58,047 nucleotides of DNA. Origin: a virus. Lineage: Duplodnaviria > Caudoviricetes. The stretch covers positions 1 to 58,047 of IMG/VR virus record IMGVR_UViG_3300034071_002803. One strand, given 5' to 3'. Made by a program: the position numbers and the translations under genes. How positions within the stretch are numbered: position 1 is the first letter of the stretch; each line of letters begins with the position of its first letter. Shown one piece after another: positions 17,525-27,232 of this stretch. The notes beneath the pieces are model-generated. The model ran no database searches and was not told the origin of the DNA. It saw nothing but the letters and a program-made list of their open reading frames with translations.

Positions 17525-19722
17525 TATTCGTTATCGAGCTGACGGACAACCTTCCCGCTCCAAGACCACCCAGCGTCTCCGCCCCATAGCGCCCAGGCAA
17601 TTCTGCCGTTGCTTGGGTACCCGTCAGAGCCAGGGGCCCAGCCCTTACCCTTCTTGTCTACCTCATGGCGAGCAAAATAAGCATTCATTTTTCGCACTCT
17701 TGGAGCAGTCATTCGGTTGCCAACCAGCATTCTTGCCGTAGTCTGACCAGGGCCAATTCCGCCGCGACCAAACTCCTTGCGCCAATCAAGTCCGCGCTGC
17801 GCTTCCTTCCTGACAGACTCTGGGACATCAAGGTTTGCAGCAGTTTTATCAAGTTTTACATTTTCTGAGTTTGTAACCTTGCTGATGCCAAGCTTTTTAT
17901 ACTCCTCGCGAACAGCGCTATTATTTTCAATTGCCTCAACAACGCTGCGGCTTCCTAGTATTTTGCTCATCTTATATTTCTTCCACTGCAATTCAGTACC
18001 TGCCGGGAAGTCGCTAAGGAATATCTCGCTATGCGGAATGTCGTTTGAATCAAGCCAAGACTTAGTTTCCTCCAGCCGCTTAATGTTTCTAGCGCTAAGG
18101 ATATAAATGTCATGATCCATTGACTCGGTTCGCAGATGCTCAACAACCGCTTCGTTTACTTTTCCGCCGTCCATGTCAATTGTTCCATCAATATCGCAAA
18201 CTATTACTGGATCTCCAGCAGATTTCTTCCCCTTGGATGGTCGCTGGTTTGGCGCCATCTCTGGGTTATTTACCGGGTTGACCATTTGTGCCCCCTGCGG
18301 AGTTGGCTTCATTTTTGCCGGCGGGGTCTTTGGCGGGGTTGGCTTGCCGCCCTCTGTCGGAGTAGGCGCTCCGCCTTCTGGCTCTGGCTCTGGCTCTGGC
18401 AGCGGGAATTCACCAAGAACCCTGCGTCGCAACTCAATCTCGTAAAGACTTAGTGGCATATAGCCCTGGGGCGTTGGAATCCAAACATCGTCCCCAAGCT
18501 CCCCAACGCCCTCCATGCCCCTTTCCTTAAGAGCTTCATTAAGGCGCATCCACGGCATACCAGCCATTGAGGCCTTGTAGTAGCTTGAAATTGTGTCCAT
18601 GCTTGCTCGTCCAACGTCTGTGAATGAAAACCTTAGCTTGCGGTCATAGCGCCATACAATTTCTCTGGTGATGTATTCGGCAATCAAGTCAAGAAGTGGC
18701 GCGATACCAACATCTTGAGTGAAGCCAGCGCCAACTTCGGCGGTGCTCCTGTTCACATCAAAGCTAATGCCAATATCCTGCGGCTGAACACCAAAGACGG
18801 CACAAATTTTTCTGGCAAGGTAGACCTGCCACTCCATAAACTGCATGTCCCTGTTTGAAGAGGCAAGCGGCATCCATTGAATGCCCTTTGCGCCGCCAGT
18901 GATTGCGATCTGGCTCTTGCCTGCAATCTCTGCCTCCCAGTAAGCCTTAAATGAATCAACCTGATCTGCACGAATGCCCTCGCCGAGGTTAAGAATTCCC
19001 GGCGGAACAGCCTGCTTTACCGTTTTGGAGTTGTAATCAGCAGCGGCAAGATCCGCCTCAATGGTATCGGCAAGAACCTCAAGCGGAGAAAGACCGATTG
19101 GGCTATATGTGACTGGGTTTGCCATAATGACAACCATCTCATCGTTTCTATACGATGCAACAAGCTCACCAGTTTCCGCAGTGTGTTCGTAATATCGCGG
19201 CTGATTTGGCTTAGTGCCATCCCACTTTGCATCAAACGAGATAAGTCCGGCGTCCTTCGGCCAAAGATTGGCAATCGGATCAACCATTGACCCGGGCTTA
19301 AGCTTTGCCCCGCGCTTCATTTCAATCTCAATAGCCCCTTGGTCCAAGACAAGGATGTCTTCAACAATTGGTTCAATAAACGAACGCCAGGAGTCGCCTC
19401 TCTGGTTCGGGTTTCTCAAGAGCAACTTGACTCGGTTTGACTCAATTTCGTTTGCTGCCTCGCCCACCCAGTCAGCTGAAACAATGTCCCATTTTGCGCG
19501 GCTAATCTGTGTCCTGCGGAGGTTGATTGCGGCGCGAAGCCAAGGGTTGCTTCGAGACCACCGGCGGAGCTGTGAGACGCTACGCTTCTGTAGCTGCCCA
19601 GTGCTTACAGCGCCACGGGCGTAGGGGGAAATATCAAAATCTGGAATAACGCTTGGCTCGCTATTCTTCTCGGCGCCACCGCCAAAGATTCGCTGAAAGA
19701 GACTTGGTCGCTGCTCTGCCAT
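17524..19722 (-). CDS. portal protein fused to a HAD phosphatase and a C-terminal phage domain
   Basis: HK97-like portal (LLRNPN, GLSPL, DMQFME..RKICAVFGV.P.DIG, NEA); Pro-rich linker; CDIDGT HAD motif; AWALWGGDAG domain. Confidence 0.88.
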   Translation of the reverse strand: MAEQRPSLFQRIFGGGAEKNSEPSVIPDFDISPYARGAVSTGQLQKRSVSQLRRWSRSNPWLRAAINLRRTQISRAKWDIVSADWVGEAANEIESNRVKLLLRNPNQRGDSWRSFIEPIVEDILVLDQGAIEIEMKRGAKLKPGSMVDPIANLWPKDAGLISFDAKWDGTKPNQPRYYEHTAETGELVASYRNDEMVVIMANPVTYSPIGLSPLEVLADTIEADLAAADYNSKTVKQAVPPGILNLGEGIRADQVDSFKAYWEAEIAGKSQIAITGGAKGIQWMPLASSNRDMQFMEWQVYLARKICAVFGVQPQDIGISFDVNRSTAEVGAGFTQDVGIAPLLDLIAEYITREIVWRYDRKLRFSFTDVGRASMDTISSYYKASMAGMPWMRLNEALKERGMEGVGELGDDVWIPTPQGYMPLSLYEIELRRRVLGEFPLPEPEPEPEGGAPTPTEGGKPTPPKTPPAKMKPTPQGAQMVNPVNNPEMAPNQRPSKGKKSAGDPVIVCDIDGTIDMDGGKVNEAVVEHLRTESMDHDIYILSARNIKRLEETKSWLDSNDIPHSEIFLSDFPAGTELQWKKYKMSKILGSRSVVEAIENNSAVREEYKKLGISKVTNSENVKLDKTAANLDVPESVRKEAQRGLDWRKEFGRGGIGPGQTTARMLVGNRMTAPRVRKMNAYFARHEVDKKGKGWAPGSDGYPSNGRIAWALWGGDAGWSWSGKVVRQLDNE

Positions 19723-19949
19723 TAAATCCCCCTAATACTTCTTCGAATAGCGCTTCTAAATGTGTCGTCAGCCATCCACTTGTTAACAGAATCCCGAAAC
19801 TCTGGGAGGGTCATATTAACAACCTGATGCCCCTTGTTGTATCTGATCGTATTGGCGTTGATGTACCTAATCCAATACCTTGGGACAGCAAAGGTTCCGT
19901 CTTTGAATTCGACTACAATGGTAGACGATGCGTCAGGAATTGTGCTCAT
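19722..19949 (-). CDS. hypothetical protein
   Basis: 75-aa ORF coupled to the portal start. Confidence 0.65.
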   Translation of the reverse strand: MSTIPDASSTIVVEFKDGTFAVPRYWIRYINANTIRYNKGHQVVNMTLPEFRDSVNKWMADDTFRSAIRRSIRGI

Positions 19950-20439
19950 CTTCAGAATCTACCTGCTCAAGCTCCTCAAGGACTCCAGACAAAATGTCGT
20001 CTGGGCTTTCATCTGGCTCATCATAAAGGTCTTCTTCCTCTTTTGCAATAAGCTCAGAAAGTAGCTTGCGGTACTTCTTTTCTTGTGGAACACTCATCCT
20101 TGACCTGTGCAAATCCGCATAACACCAATGGCAAACTTTGTATCTCTTTTGACCCTTTGCCCTTGGGACTATTGGCTCTGGGTAAAGTTCTTTTACTAGG
20201 TGGTTTGGTCCGGCCATAATTCCACATGCCGCGCATCTTGGGTGGGCGGCTTCAAGGTCCTTATATCTAGCCACCACTGGGGCAATGGTTTTCTGGAGTC
20301 TCAAAAGAGACGAGGCAAGCTCTCGGACTTGTGCCTCGTGATGATTTATCTGCGAGCAAAGCGGGCACGGATTTGCGCCATCAACGGGCGCTCCGGTTGT
20401 CTCTTCTTGCTCGTTATCAAACATAGTGTCATCTACCAT
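19933..20439 (-). CDS. zinc-finger/coiled-coil protein with acidic tail
   Basis: CPLC, CAAC and CHWC pairs; probable leaderless start at 20439. Confidence 0.7.
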   Translation of the reverse strand: MVDDTMFDNEQEETTGAPVDGANPCPLCSQINHHEAQVRELASSLLRLQKTIAPVVARYKDLEAAHPRCAACGIMAGPNHLVKELYPEPIVPRAKGQKRYKVCHWCYADLHRSRMSVPQEKKYRKLLSELIAKEEEDLYDEPDESPDDILSGVLEELEQVDSEDEHNS

Positions 20440-20585
20440 TGTTACAATATAGCACATCGGAAACTATTGTTTATAAAACTGAATATTTAATAAATCATTT
20501 TTACTGTAAAAACAAGTGTAGTATTTTTGAATCTTGACTTTACATAATCAATAGGTTCATTATGTGTGCTATATTGTAACAATGG
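20436..20585. promoter_or_regulatory. divergent twin promoters formed by a 21-bp perfect inverted repeat
   Basis: TGTGCTATATTGTAACAATGG at 20565-20585 (+) and 20436-20456 (-); each contains a TG-c-TATATT extended -10; AT-rich spacer. Confidence 0.75.
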
Positions 20586-20636
20586 CGCTAAGGGCGCCTG
20601 TGGTAAAACCACCATATAAACATTGAGGGAGCTAAA

Positions 20637-22325
20637 GTGGATTTCAAGCTTTACACCACGGCACTCAAGGCGTACACCGCCGACAACGGCGACCTTTATG
20701 TTCGGGGAACAACCTCCTCTACCATCCGCGACCTTCATGGCGACGAGATGACCCTAAACGCGCTGCACACAATGCGTGATACTGCCAAAAATAATATGAC
20801 CATTTGGCTTAACCATAATTACAATGTTCCTGACGATATCTTTGGCTCCGTATCAGACGCCTTCATTGAGAAGCGCATGGACGCAGCTACTGGTCAAGAA
20901 GTTTATGACCTTGATATCGCTATTCGGGTTGTCGGCGAAGACGAGAACCCACTTGCAATGAAGGCATACCGCGCTATTAAGCGTGGCGTCAAGCTTGGCT
21001 TGTCCATTGGCGCCCGAGTGGAAAAGGTTTCAAAGCGCAAGGACAATAACGACCAGGAAACCTATGTTATTGACAGCGTTCGACTCCTTGAGTCGTCAAT
21101 CGTTGGAATCCCCGCCAATCAGCGCTCATATCTTCAGAATGCTCTTAAGAGTGTTCGTGGTGGGGCTGGTAATCTTCCGGACATTGATGAGCTCCTCGAG
21201 GAGACTAAGTCCGCTGAGGGAAGATTCAAGGTTGGAGATATGGTCACTTGGGGTTCAAGTGGCGGTGACGCAACTGGCAAGATCACAAAGATTGTCCAAG
21301 AGGGCAAGCTTGAGGTTCCAGATTCGTCATTTACTATCGAGGCTGATGAGGACGATCCGGCAGTCCTTATTCGCGTTTACCGAGACGCAAAGCCATCAGA
21401 TCGACTTGTTGGGCACAAGATGTCCACTCTTCGAGCTGCAAAGTCTTTTGACGCATCTGCCGAAGCGTTTACTGTAGAAACAGAAACTGAAGAGGAGACA
21501 TTTGACATGGATGAACTAGATCAGAAGAAGACCCGTGTAACCGTTACGGTTAGCACGGATGCGGAGGCCAATAACGAAGCCGCCGCTGCTGTCGCACCCT
21601 CCGCTCCGGCGGCGGCGGCCCCCCTTGAAGAGGTAGAGGCTGCTGCGCCAGAGGTAGAGGTTGAGCCAGTCGTTGAGGAGCCAGCCGTTGAGCCTGAAGT
21701 TGCAGAGCCAGTGGTTGAGGAGCCAGCGGCAGAAGAGCCAGTTGCTGAGGAGCATCCGGCAGCAGCCCCAGAAGTTGAACTAAGTGACTTGCTAGTACTT
21801 GCATCAGCCGACGAGGTTGTTGAAAAGGCTGGCGCATCGGTAGCTGAGCGACTTGCAATTGTTGTCAAGGAACTTAAGTCAATTGCCGATCAGTACGCTA
21901 AAGACGAGAGTTCAAATGCAGACTCAATCATGAAGATTGTTGATGCACTCAATAAGGTGCTCGGCACGGAAGAGTCCTCACCGGCTTCTGAAATGCCAAG
22001 CAAGAGCGCCGATTCTACCGAGATTACTGCTCCAGAAGGCAATGGCCTTGTGGAGTTGGAGTCACTTGCTAAGTCTGCACTGGATGCAGCCATCTCAGCA
22101 CAGCAGGAAGTTGCCGCGATTCGCCGCGAGTTTACTGAGCTGTCGGACGAGAAGGCCAAGGTCGAGGGCGAGCTTGCCAAGGCGCTTGATGTTGTCGGTC
22201 GGTTGATGAACCTACCCGGCGGCCGCAAGGAAATTGAAACAACTGGGACGAAGGGCTCGACGGCAGTTTCTGCCCCGTGGCTTTCACCCTACATTCAGCG
22301 TGTCCTAGACACAGAGGAGAAGTAA
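20637..22325 (+). CDS. prohead protease/scaffold fusion with internal Tudor-like (DUF2945-like) domain
   Basis: RDLHGDEM, NHN, GLSIG, LLESSIVGIPANQ protease motifs; FKVGDMVTW.SSGG.A.GKI domain; acidic scaffold. Confidence 0.85.
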   Translation: MDFKLYTTALKAYTADNGDLYVRGTTSSTIRDLHGDEMTLNALHTMRDTAKNNMTIWLNHNYNVPDDIFGSVSDAFIEKRMDAATGQEVYDLDIAIRVVGEDENPLAMKAYRAIKRGVKLGLSIGARVEKVSKRKDNNDQETYVIDSVRLLESSIVGIPANQRSYLQNALKSVRGGAGNLPDIDELLEETKSAEGRFKVGDMVTWGSSGGDATGKITKIVQEGKLEVPDSSFTIEADEDDPAVLIRVYRDAKPSDRLVGHKMSTLRAAKSFDASAEAFTVETETEEETFDMDELDQKKTRVTVTVSTDAEANNEAAAAVAPSAPAAAAPLEEVEAAAPEVEVEPVVEEPAVEPEVAEPVVEEPAAEEPVAEEHPAAAPEVELSDLLVLASADEVVEKAGASVAERLAIVVKELKSIADQYAKDESSNADSIMKIVDALNKVLGTEESSPASEMPSKSADSTEITAPEGNGLVELESLAKSALDAAISAQQEVAAIRREFTELSDEKAKVEGELAKALDVVGRLMNLPGGRKEIETTGTKGSTAVSAPWLSPYIQRVLDTEEK

Positions 22326-23557
22326 TGTCTGAACAGCGAGAGCGGCTGGAAGACGTCCAGAAGGGACTTGAGTCCCTTGCCGACGCCCCAGCTTTGGTGG
22401 GACGTGATGTTGCCACCAAGTCGATTGACGTTGCCGACGCATATGCAACGCAGCGCGAGCTTCGCAAGAAGTTTACAAAGCTAAACACGGCTGATCTTAA
22501 CGAGATGCTTGATATCCAGGCAGCTCGCGAGACCGGCAAGCAGGCTGATAGCGATGTGCTTAACCGCCTTGCTATGGCTAACCCAAATATCGCCAAGCTT
22601 CTTGATTCAAGCGGCGGCGCGGCTCTTATCCGTCAGGACCTTGAGCCAATCCTTTACGCTTTGTTCGTAAAGAAGTTCCCATTCTTCGAGCGCATTCGTA
22701 AGGAAGGGGCAAACGGCCTCGTCCATGCGTTCAACCAGCAGACCGCTTATGGCGATGCAGTGTTCCAGACCGAGACCGGAACGGTCACAGATGACTCGAA
22801 CACCTATTCACGCCAGACGACCAACGTGGCCGTTCTTGCAACCCGACGCGGTATCACGCTGAAGTCGCAGTTTGCCATTAGCCAGGGCGGCGCTCCTGGG
22901 CAGCAGGGCCTTTCAACTGAGCTTGCAGGTGGCGTAACCGCCATTGCCCACAAGCTTCAGAAGACCTTGTTCCAGGGTAATGCCACGACTTCTGCATCAG
23001 CTGGTGCAGCCACCGAGCTCGGCGCGTTTGACGCGAACGGGTTTGATGGTCTTCGCAAGGTCCTTGGCGCGGCGGCTGGCACTGCCCAGATCGTCAACAA
23101 GGGCACGGCTTCGTATTTGTCAACGATTAACAGCAACGTTGCGGAAATCCTCAACGCTGGTGGTAATCCTTCGGCACTTCTCGTTGCCCCACAGGACTAC
23201 GCTGGTCTTGTGAATGAGCTCACGAACCTCGTTCGCTACAATGCCCCGTCGCAGGTCGACCAGGCTGCTGGCGCAACGTTTGGTTCAGTCGTGACCGCCG
23301 CTGGCGCACTGCCAATCATGGCTGTGCCTGGTGACTCGATCGGCTCGTACGTTGTAAGCTCGGTCAGCTATCGCGACATGTATGTCGTTGATGAGTCGAC
23401 TTGGTCGATGCCGTACCTTGGTGCGGACTCGATCACGACGCTTGAGATCCCAGTCGGTGTAAACGGTTCCCTTTCGCGCCTGTACATCATGTATGTGATG
23501 TTTGGTCTTGCGAACAAGGCTCCGCAGTTCAACGGCAAGATCCGAGTAACAGCCTAA
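22325..23557 (+). CDS. major capsid protein (HK97 fold)
   Basis: follows the protease; GAGGAG RBS; GAALIRQDLEP, FDGLRK, YVMFGLANKAP motifs; about 410 aa. Confidence 0.85.
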   Translation: MSEQRERLEDVQKGLESLADAPALVGRDVATKSIDVADAYATQRELRKKFTKLNTADLNEMLDIQAARETGKQADSDVLNRLAMANPNIAKLLDSSGGAALIRQDLEPILYALFVKKFPFFERIRKEGANGLVHAFNQQTAYGDAVFQTETGTVTDDSNTYSRQTTNVAVLATRRGITLKSQFAISQGGAPGQQGLSTELAGGVTAIAHKLQKTLFQGNATTSASAGAATELGAFDANGFDGLRKVLGAAAGTAQIVNKGTASYLSTINSNVAEILNAGGNPSALLVAPQDYAGLVNELTNLVRYNAPSQVDQAAGATFGSVVTAAGALPIMAVPGDSIGSYVVSSVSYRDMYVVDESTWSMPYLGADSITTLEIPVGVNGSLSRLYIMYVMFGLANKAPQFNGKIRVTA

Positions 23558-23613
23558 GTAATCGCCCCACGCGGGGTGGTATGATTGAGGCCGGGGATTT
23601 CCCCGGCCTCAAT

Positions 23614-23629
23614 TGTTTCATGTGGAACA
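23614..23629. promoter_or_regulatory. parS-like site
   Basis: TGTTTCATGTGGAACA; its reverse complement differs at one position from the TGTTNCACGTGAAACA consensus. Confidence 0.5.
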
Positions 23630-23883
23630 TGTCAAAATTACCAAAAAAGCTTCTTAAAAACCCAAGCAGGCTTATAGCACAACGTGTTATTGGCATGTCT
23701 ATTGAGCACCTGCAAGAGAAAATGTGCGAAATTGAATGGGATATGGACGGAACGCTTGGAATAGGCAATACTGAATTTGTTACATTTGTAAACCGGCGGG
23801 CGACAATCCCGTATCGCCTGCTTAATAGTGCCCTTGCAGCGGGAGCAAGAAAGGTTGATGAAAATGGCAATAATGAAAGATAA
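23629..23883 (+). CDS. hypothetical protein
   Basis: ORF starting MSKLPKK downstream of the capsid gene. Confidence 0.6.
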   Translation: MSKLPKKLLKNPSRLIAQRVIGMSIEHLQEKMCEIEWDMDGTLGIGNTEFVTFVNRRATIPYRLLNSALAAGARKVDENGNNER

Positions 23884-24214
23884 GGCTATCGAAGAGGCCG
23901 TTGTAGCATCGGAGCCGGTCGTTGATGTTGCGCCAGATCTAGTTGTTGAGGTTGTGCCAGAGCCAGCTGTGGAAGCAGCTAAGGCCGAAGCTAAGCCAGT
24001 AGTTGACGCTAAGGAAGTGGTAGTTCAGGCCAAGAAGGAAGACACGGTTGCCGTTGGCGGTCAAGCTGACGAGCGAGTTGTTGTTGGTGGACCGCTGCGC
24101 GGAACCAACTTTGCCGCAGACGGAACCCCATATCTTTTTACTAGCAATGGCGTTTGCGCAATCTTTAAGAAGCATCTTCCAGAGTTCCAGGCTCGCGGCT
24201 GCGCAGAGCTTTAA
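23864..24214 (+). CDS. hypothetical head-associated protein
   Basis: Val/Ala/Glu-rich N-terminus; position after the capsid gene. Confidence 0.65.
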   Translation: MAIMKDKAIEEAVVASEPVVDVAPDLVVEVVPEPAVEAAKAEAKPVVDAKEVVVQAKKEDTVAVGGQADERVVVGGPLRGTNFAADGTPYLFTSNGVCAIFKKHLPEFQARGCAEL

Positions 24215-24268
24215 TTCGTAGTCGGCATTTCTCTGGACTAAATAGCACAAAAAGGACACAATACAGAC

Positions 24269-25192
24269 ATGGCGATTATTAATGTATCTGTTCCTTCGGT
24301 AAACACAAGCATGGCGACTTACAACGCCATTCAAGTTGGCTATGCCCCAACTAAAGAAGTCGCCGCCGCACAGAGCGGCACTGGCTGGGTCAACGCAGGA
24401 GCGCTTGCCACGCTTGTAACAAATGTAACCCTTTATGAAATTAATGTCACCGCAGGCGCAGCAAACCAGTGGTATGTTTGGCGGCTATTTAATACATCAA
24501 ACAGCTCAGCTGGATCATGGTCAACGCCAGTTATTGGAAAATCATCTGGTTACTTGACGGTAGAAGAGTTTAAAGACCTTGGTCTTGGCGATCTTACAAA
24601 TCCAGACGGAACAGATATTGACCCAGCAAGGCTCCAATCATTCCTTAAGTCTGCCTCTGCGGTTGCAGATAAGGTTGTCGGGTATAAGTTTGAGTACCGG
24701 CAAACAACAGAAAAGCATCCATGGGATCAAAAGAGCCGAAGAATTTACCCGCGAGAGAGGAATATAGTTTCTGTCTCTGCGGTTAAGATTCAGGTATCTG
24801 CCCAGCAAAGCGCGGACTTTACCGTTCAAGATATCTACCTAAACCCTGACCGTGGATATATTGAGATTACGAGCCTGGCAAATGTTACATATTCCCTATT
24901 CCCAGCCATTGTTGCGCTTGGCATGATCCAACCCCAAGCAATGATTACTTACACCCATGGGTACGAAACAATCCCAGAAGATGTGAAACTTGCAGTTGGG
25001 CATATTGCCGCAGACATGCTGGTCAAGGACAACATCATTAAGAAGGGAATGGGGGGGCTTAATAGCTTCTCCATCGGCGGAATGAGCATGACCTTTAATC
25101 AGGGCAGCAAGTCAAATACAATGGGGGATCACGATATACCGCAGATTGCCAAGACACTTCTGCGCGAGTACATCATGATCAATGTTCGATAA
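24269..25192 (+). CDS. head-tail adaptor (gp6/gp15-like) with N-terminal beta domain
   Basis: YLTVEEFK...ITYTHGYETIPEDVKLAV...SFSIGGMSMTF...LLREY. Confidence 0.8.
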   Translation: MAIINVSVPSVNTSMATYNAIQVGYAPTKEVAAAQSGTGWVNAGALATLVTNVTLYEINVTAGAANQWYVWRLFNTSNSSAGSWSTPVIGKSSGYLTVEEFKDLGLGDLTNPDGTDIDPARLQSFLKSASAVADKVVGYKFEYRQTTEKHPWDQKSRRIYPRERNIVSVSAVKIQVSAQQSADFTVQDIYLNPDRGYIEITSLANVTYSLFPAIVALGMIQPQAMITYTHGYETIPEDVKLAVGHIAADMLVKDNIIKKGMGGLNSFSIGGMSMTFNQGSKSNTMGDHDIPQIAKTLLREYIMINVR

Positions 25193-25518
25193 TGCTACCA
25201 GGATTTACTAGGAACATTACACTAACTCGCCAATCTGTTACTGGCCAAGACGCTATTGGAGTTCCTTCAAAGACTGCAAGCGCGGTTTGGACCAAGAAGG
25301 GCTTCTATGGAAATCCAGTTAGCGATTTCAACGAACCGGCAACTGGCTTTTCGTTCAAGGGAAAGTTTAATTTTTACCTTCCGCCAATGCCAGTAGACGA
25401 TATCCCAAACACTGGCGATATTTTGACCGCAGATGGCATGGCGTACATTGTTGAGGTAATAACCCTTGATGCAATATCTCACCATATTGAGGTTCTTGCA
25501 AGAAGGTTTGAGCGATGA
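25192..25518 (+). CDS. head closure/stopper protein
   Basis: QDAIG.P...GDILTADG..Y.V..HHIEV; synteny. Confidence 0.7.
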   Translation: MLPGFTRNITLTRQSVTGQDAIGVPSKTASAVWTKKGFYGNPVSDFNEPATGFSFKGKFNFYLPPMPVDDIPNTGDILTADGMAYIVEVITLDAISHHIEVLARRFER

Positions 25519-26030
25519 GAGTTTCAATAAAGATAGACAATGCGGCCCTAAACAGCATTATTAAGAAAACTAGCCAAATGGCAAGCGCGCTCAATGTTGA
25601 TCAAAACGATCGGCTTAAGCAGAAGCAGCTAGACGCAATAGATCAGGCCGTGTACGGTCCAGACTCTGGTCTTGGAAAGGCGCCAACTCTTGCCTCTAGA
25701 TTTGCCAAAACCAGGAAAAGCACAGCCCCAGGAAACCCCGCTGGTGGAACACCAGTTCAAACTGGCAGGCTACAGAAAGCCTTGACGGTACCTGGCGCCC
25801 CCTACTCAAGATATAGCAGAAGGGCTTTCAAGAACTCAGTTCAGGTATCCATTTCTGCAAACCCAAGCGGCAGGAAAGGGTTCAAGTATTTCCCAGTAGT
25901 TGAGGCTAAATACGGATTTTTTGACTACGAAACATCAAAAGGTTCGTTTATAACAACAACCATGCCAAGGCTAGCCAAGAGGTGCAGAGAGCTCCTCCAA
26001 GAGGCCCTTCGGTTGCCGCTAAAGCGCTAA
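25515..26030 (+). CDS. neck/tail-completion protein (HK97 gp10-like)
   Basis: TPVQTGRLQKAL...YFPVVE; synteny. Confidence 0.65.
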   Translation: MRVSIKIDNAALNSIIKKTSQMASALNVDQNDRLKQKQLDAIDQAVYGPDSGLGKAPTLASRFAKTRKSTAPGNPAGGTPVQTGRLQKALTVPGAPYSRYSRRAFKNSVQVSISANPSGRKGFKYFPVVEAKYGFFDYETSKGSFITTTMPRLAKRCRELLQEALRLPLKR

Positions 26031-27232
26031 AACTCGCAGCGAAGAACCTTCAGGTCGTCCCAGCCAGTTTGACCAACAACAAGGGTCAACATCCCAGATC
26101 GAGCACTTGAGCCGCTTGTTTCAGCAAACCATTGCGACCCGCCATCAAGTGATGGTGCCTGGATGTGCGTTCTTGCGCCGTGCTCAGTGACGCTAAGGTG
26201 GTGGTAGTGCCCGGTTAGCAACAGCGTTGCATCTGCTACTGGCGCCATACCAAGCGCTTGCTTCGCCCACCAGGTACCAATCTTGCCAGATGCGTTTCCG
26301 CCCCCGCGGGCCTGGTGACCATGTGCCAGCCCGACAACCGTCCCGTGCACATCAAGAGTAAGCGTGAGCTCGCTCTTTGGGAAGGCAAACTTTACATGGG
26401 AATATGCATCGCTTGCGCCGAGGATTTCGGCAACCTGCTCAAATACGGCAACATCATCGTTGTCGCCAAAGGTTGTGTATGCCTTACCGCCCTTGCGGTT
26501 TTCTCCATGATTTCCTGGAACCGCAGCAACAATTACTAGCGGGGCAAAGGTTGCCCAGTGGGTAAGAGCCTTAACAATCAGTCGCCTGGCTACGGTTGTC
26601 TGCTCTCGGCGGTCAAGATCGGTCTGAAACTCTTGCATATCGTAGAAGCCAGAGCAGCCCTCAACAACATCCCCAAGGCCAACCACGATAAGCCGATCAA
26701 GCTTTCTGCCAGCTTTTGTTAACTCTTTCCAGCGAGTTTCTACCTCTGCAATTCCAGAAAGGAATCGCTGAACTGTTGCGGCTGTTCCTCCGCCTTCGCC
26801 CTTGCCAATCTGCAAGTCGCTAAGTGCAACAATCAACGCCGAGTCGCCATCAGCTAGCTCAGCCTTTTTAGGCTTGTGCTTTTTAATCTCCGAGATTAGC
26901 TCTTCAACTTCTGCGCCATTAGCCTTGTTCTTTCGGACGACTTTGCCCTTCCACTGGCGATTAAGCACGCCAAGCGTGTCGCCCCAAACATTAAACAAGA
27001 CAGGCTCGACAACCTCAAAATTTTCTGGCTCAAGGCCCCAAACCCTTAGTACCGCGCTCCAGTCTGGAGCACTCTCTGACGGCATGCCGGTTGTAGTAAC
27101 AGTCCCTTCATTTCCGCTCCAAACCACACCAGGCTCCCAGCCCTCTGGGTGCTGACGCTTGTTTGGCTTTGAACGCTCTAGTTCATTTTGAACTTGCAGC
27201 AACTCGTCCATTAGCTTATTTACTTCTGGCAT
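26027..27232 (-). CDS. calcineurin-like metallophosphoesterase
   Basis: SDLQIG, GLGDVVEG, PGNHGE, AHGH, GHYHH motifs. Confidence 0.85.
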   Translation of the reverse strand: MPEVNKLMDELLQVQNELERSKPNKRQHPEGWEPGVVWSGNEGTVTTTGMPSESAPDWSAVLRVWGLEPENFEVVEPVLFNVWGDTLGVLNRQWKGKVVRKNKANGAEVEELISEIKKHKPKKAELADGDSALIVALSDLQIGKGEGGGTAATVQRFLSGIAEVETRWKELTKAGRKLDRLIVVGLGDVVEGCSGFYDMQEFQTDLDRREQTTVARRLIVKALTHWATFAPLVIVAAVPGNHGENRKGGKAYTTFGDNDDVAVFEQVAEILGASDAYSHVKFAFPKSELTLTLDVHGTVVGLAHGHQARGGGNASGKIGTWWAKQALGMAPVADATLLLTGHYHHLSVTEHGARTHIQAPSLDGGSQWFAETSGSSARSGMLTLVVGQTGWDDLKVLRCEF

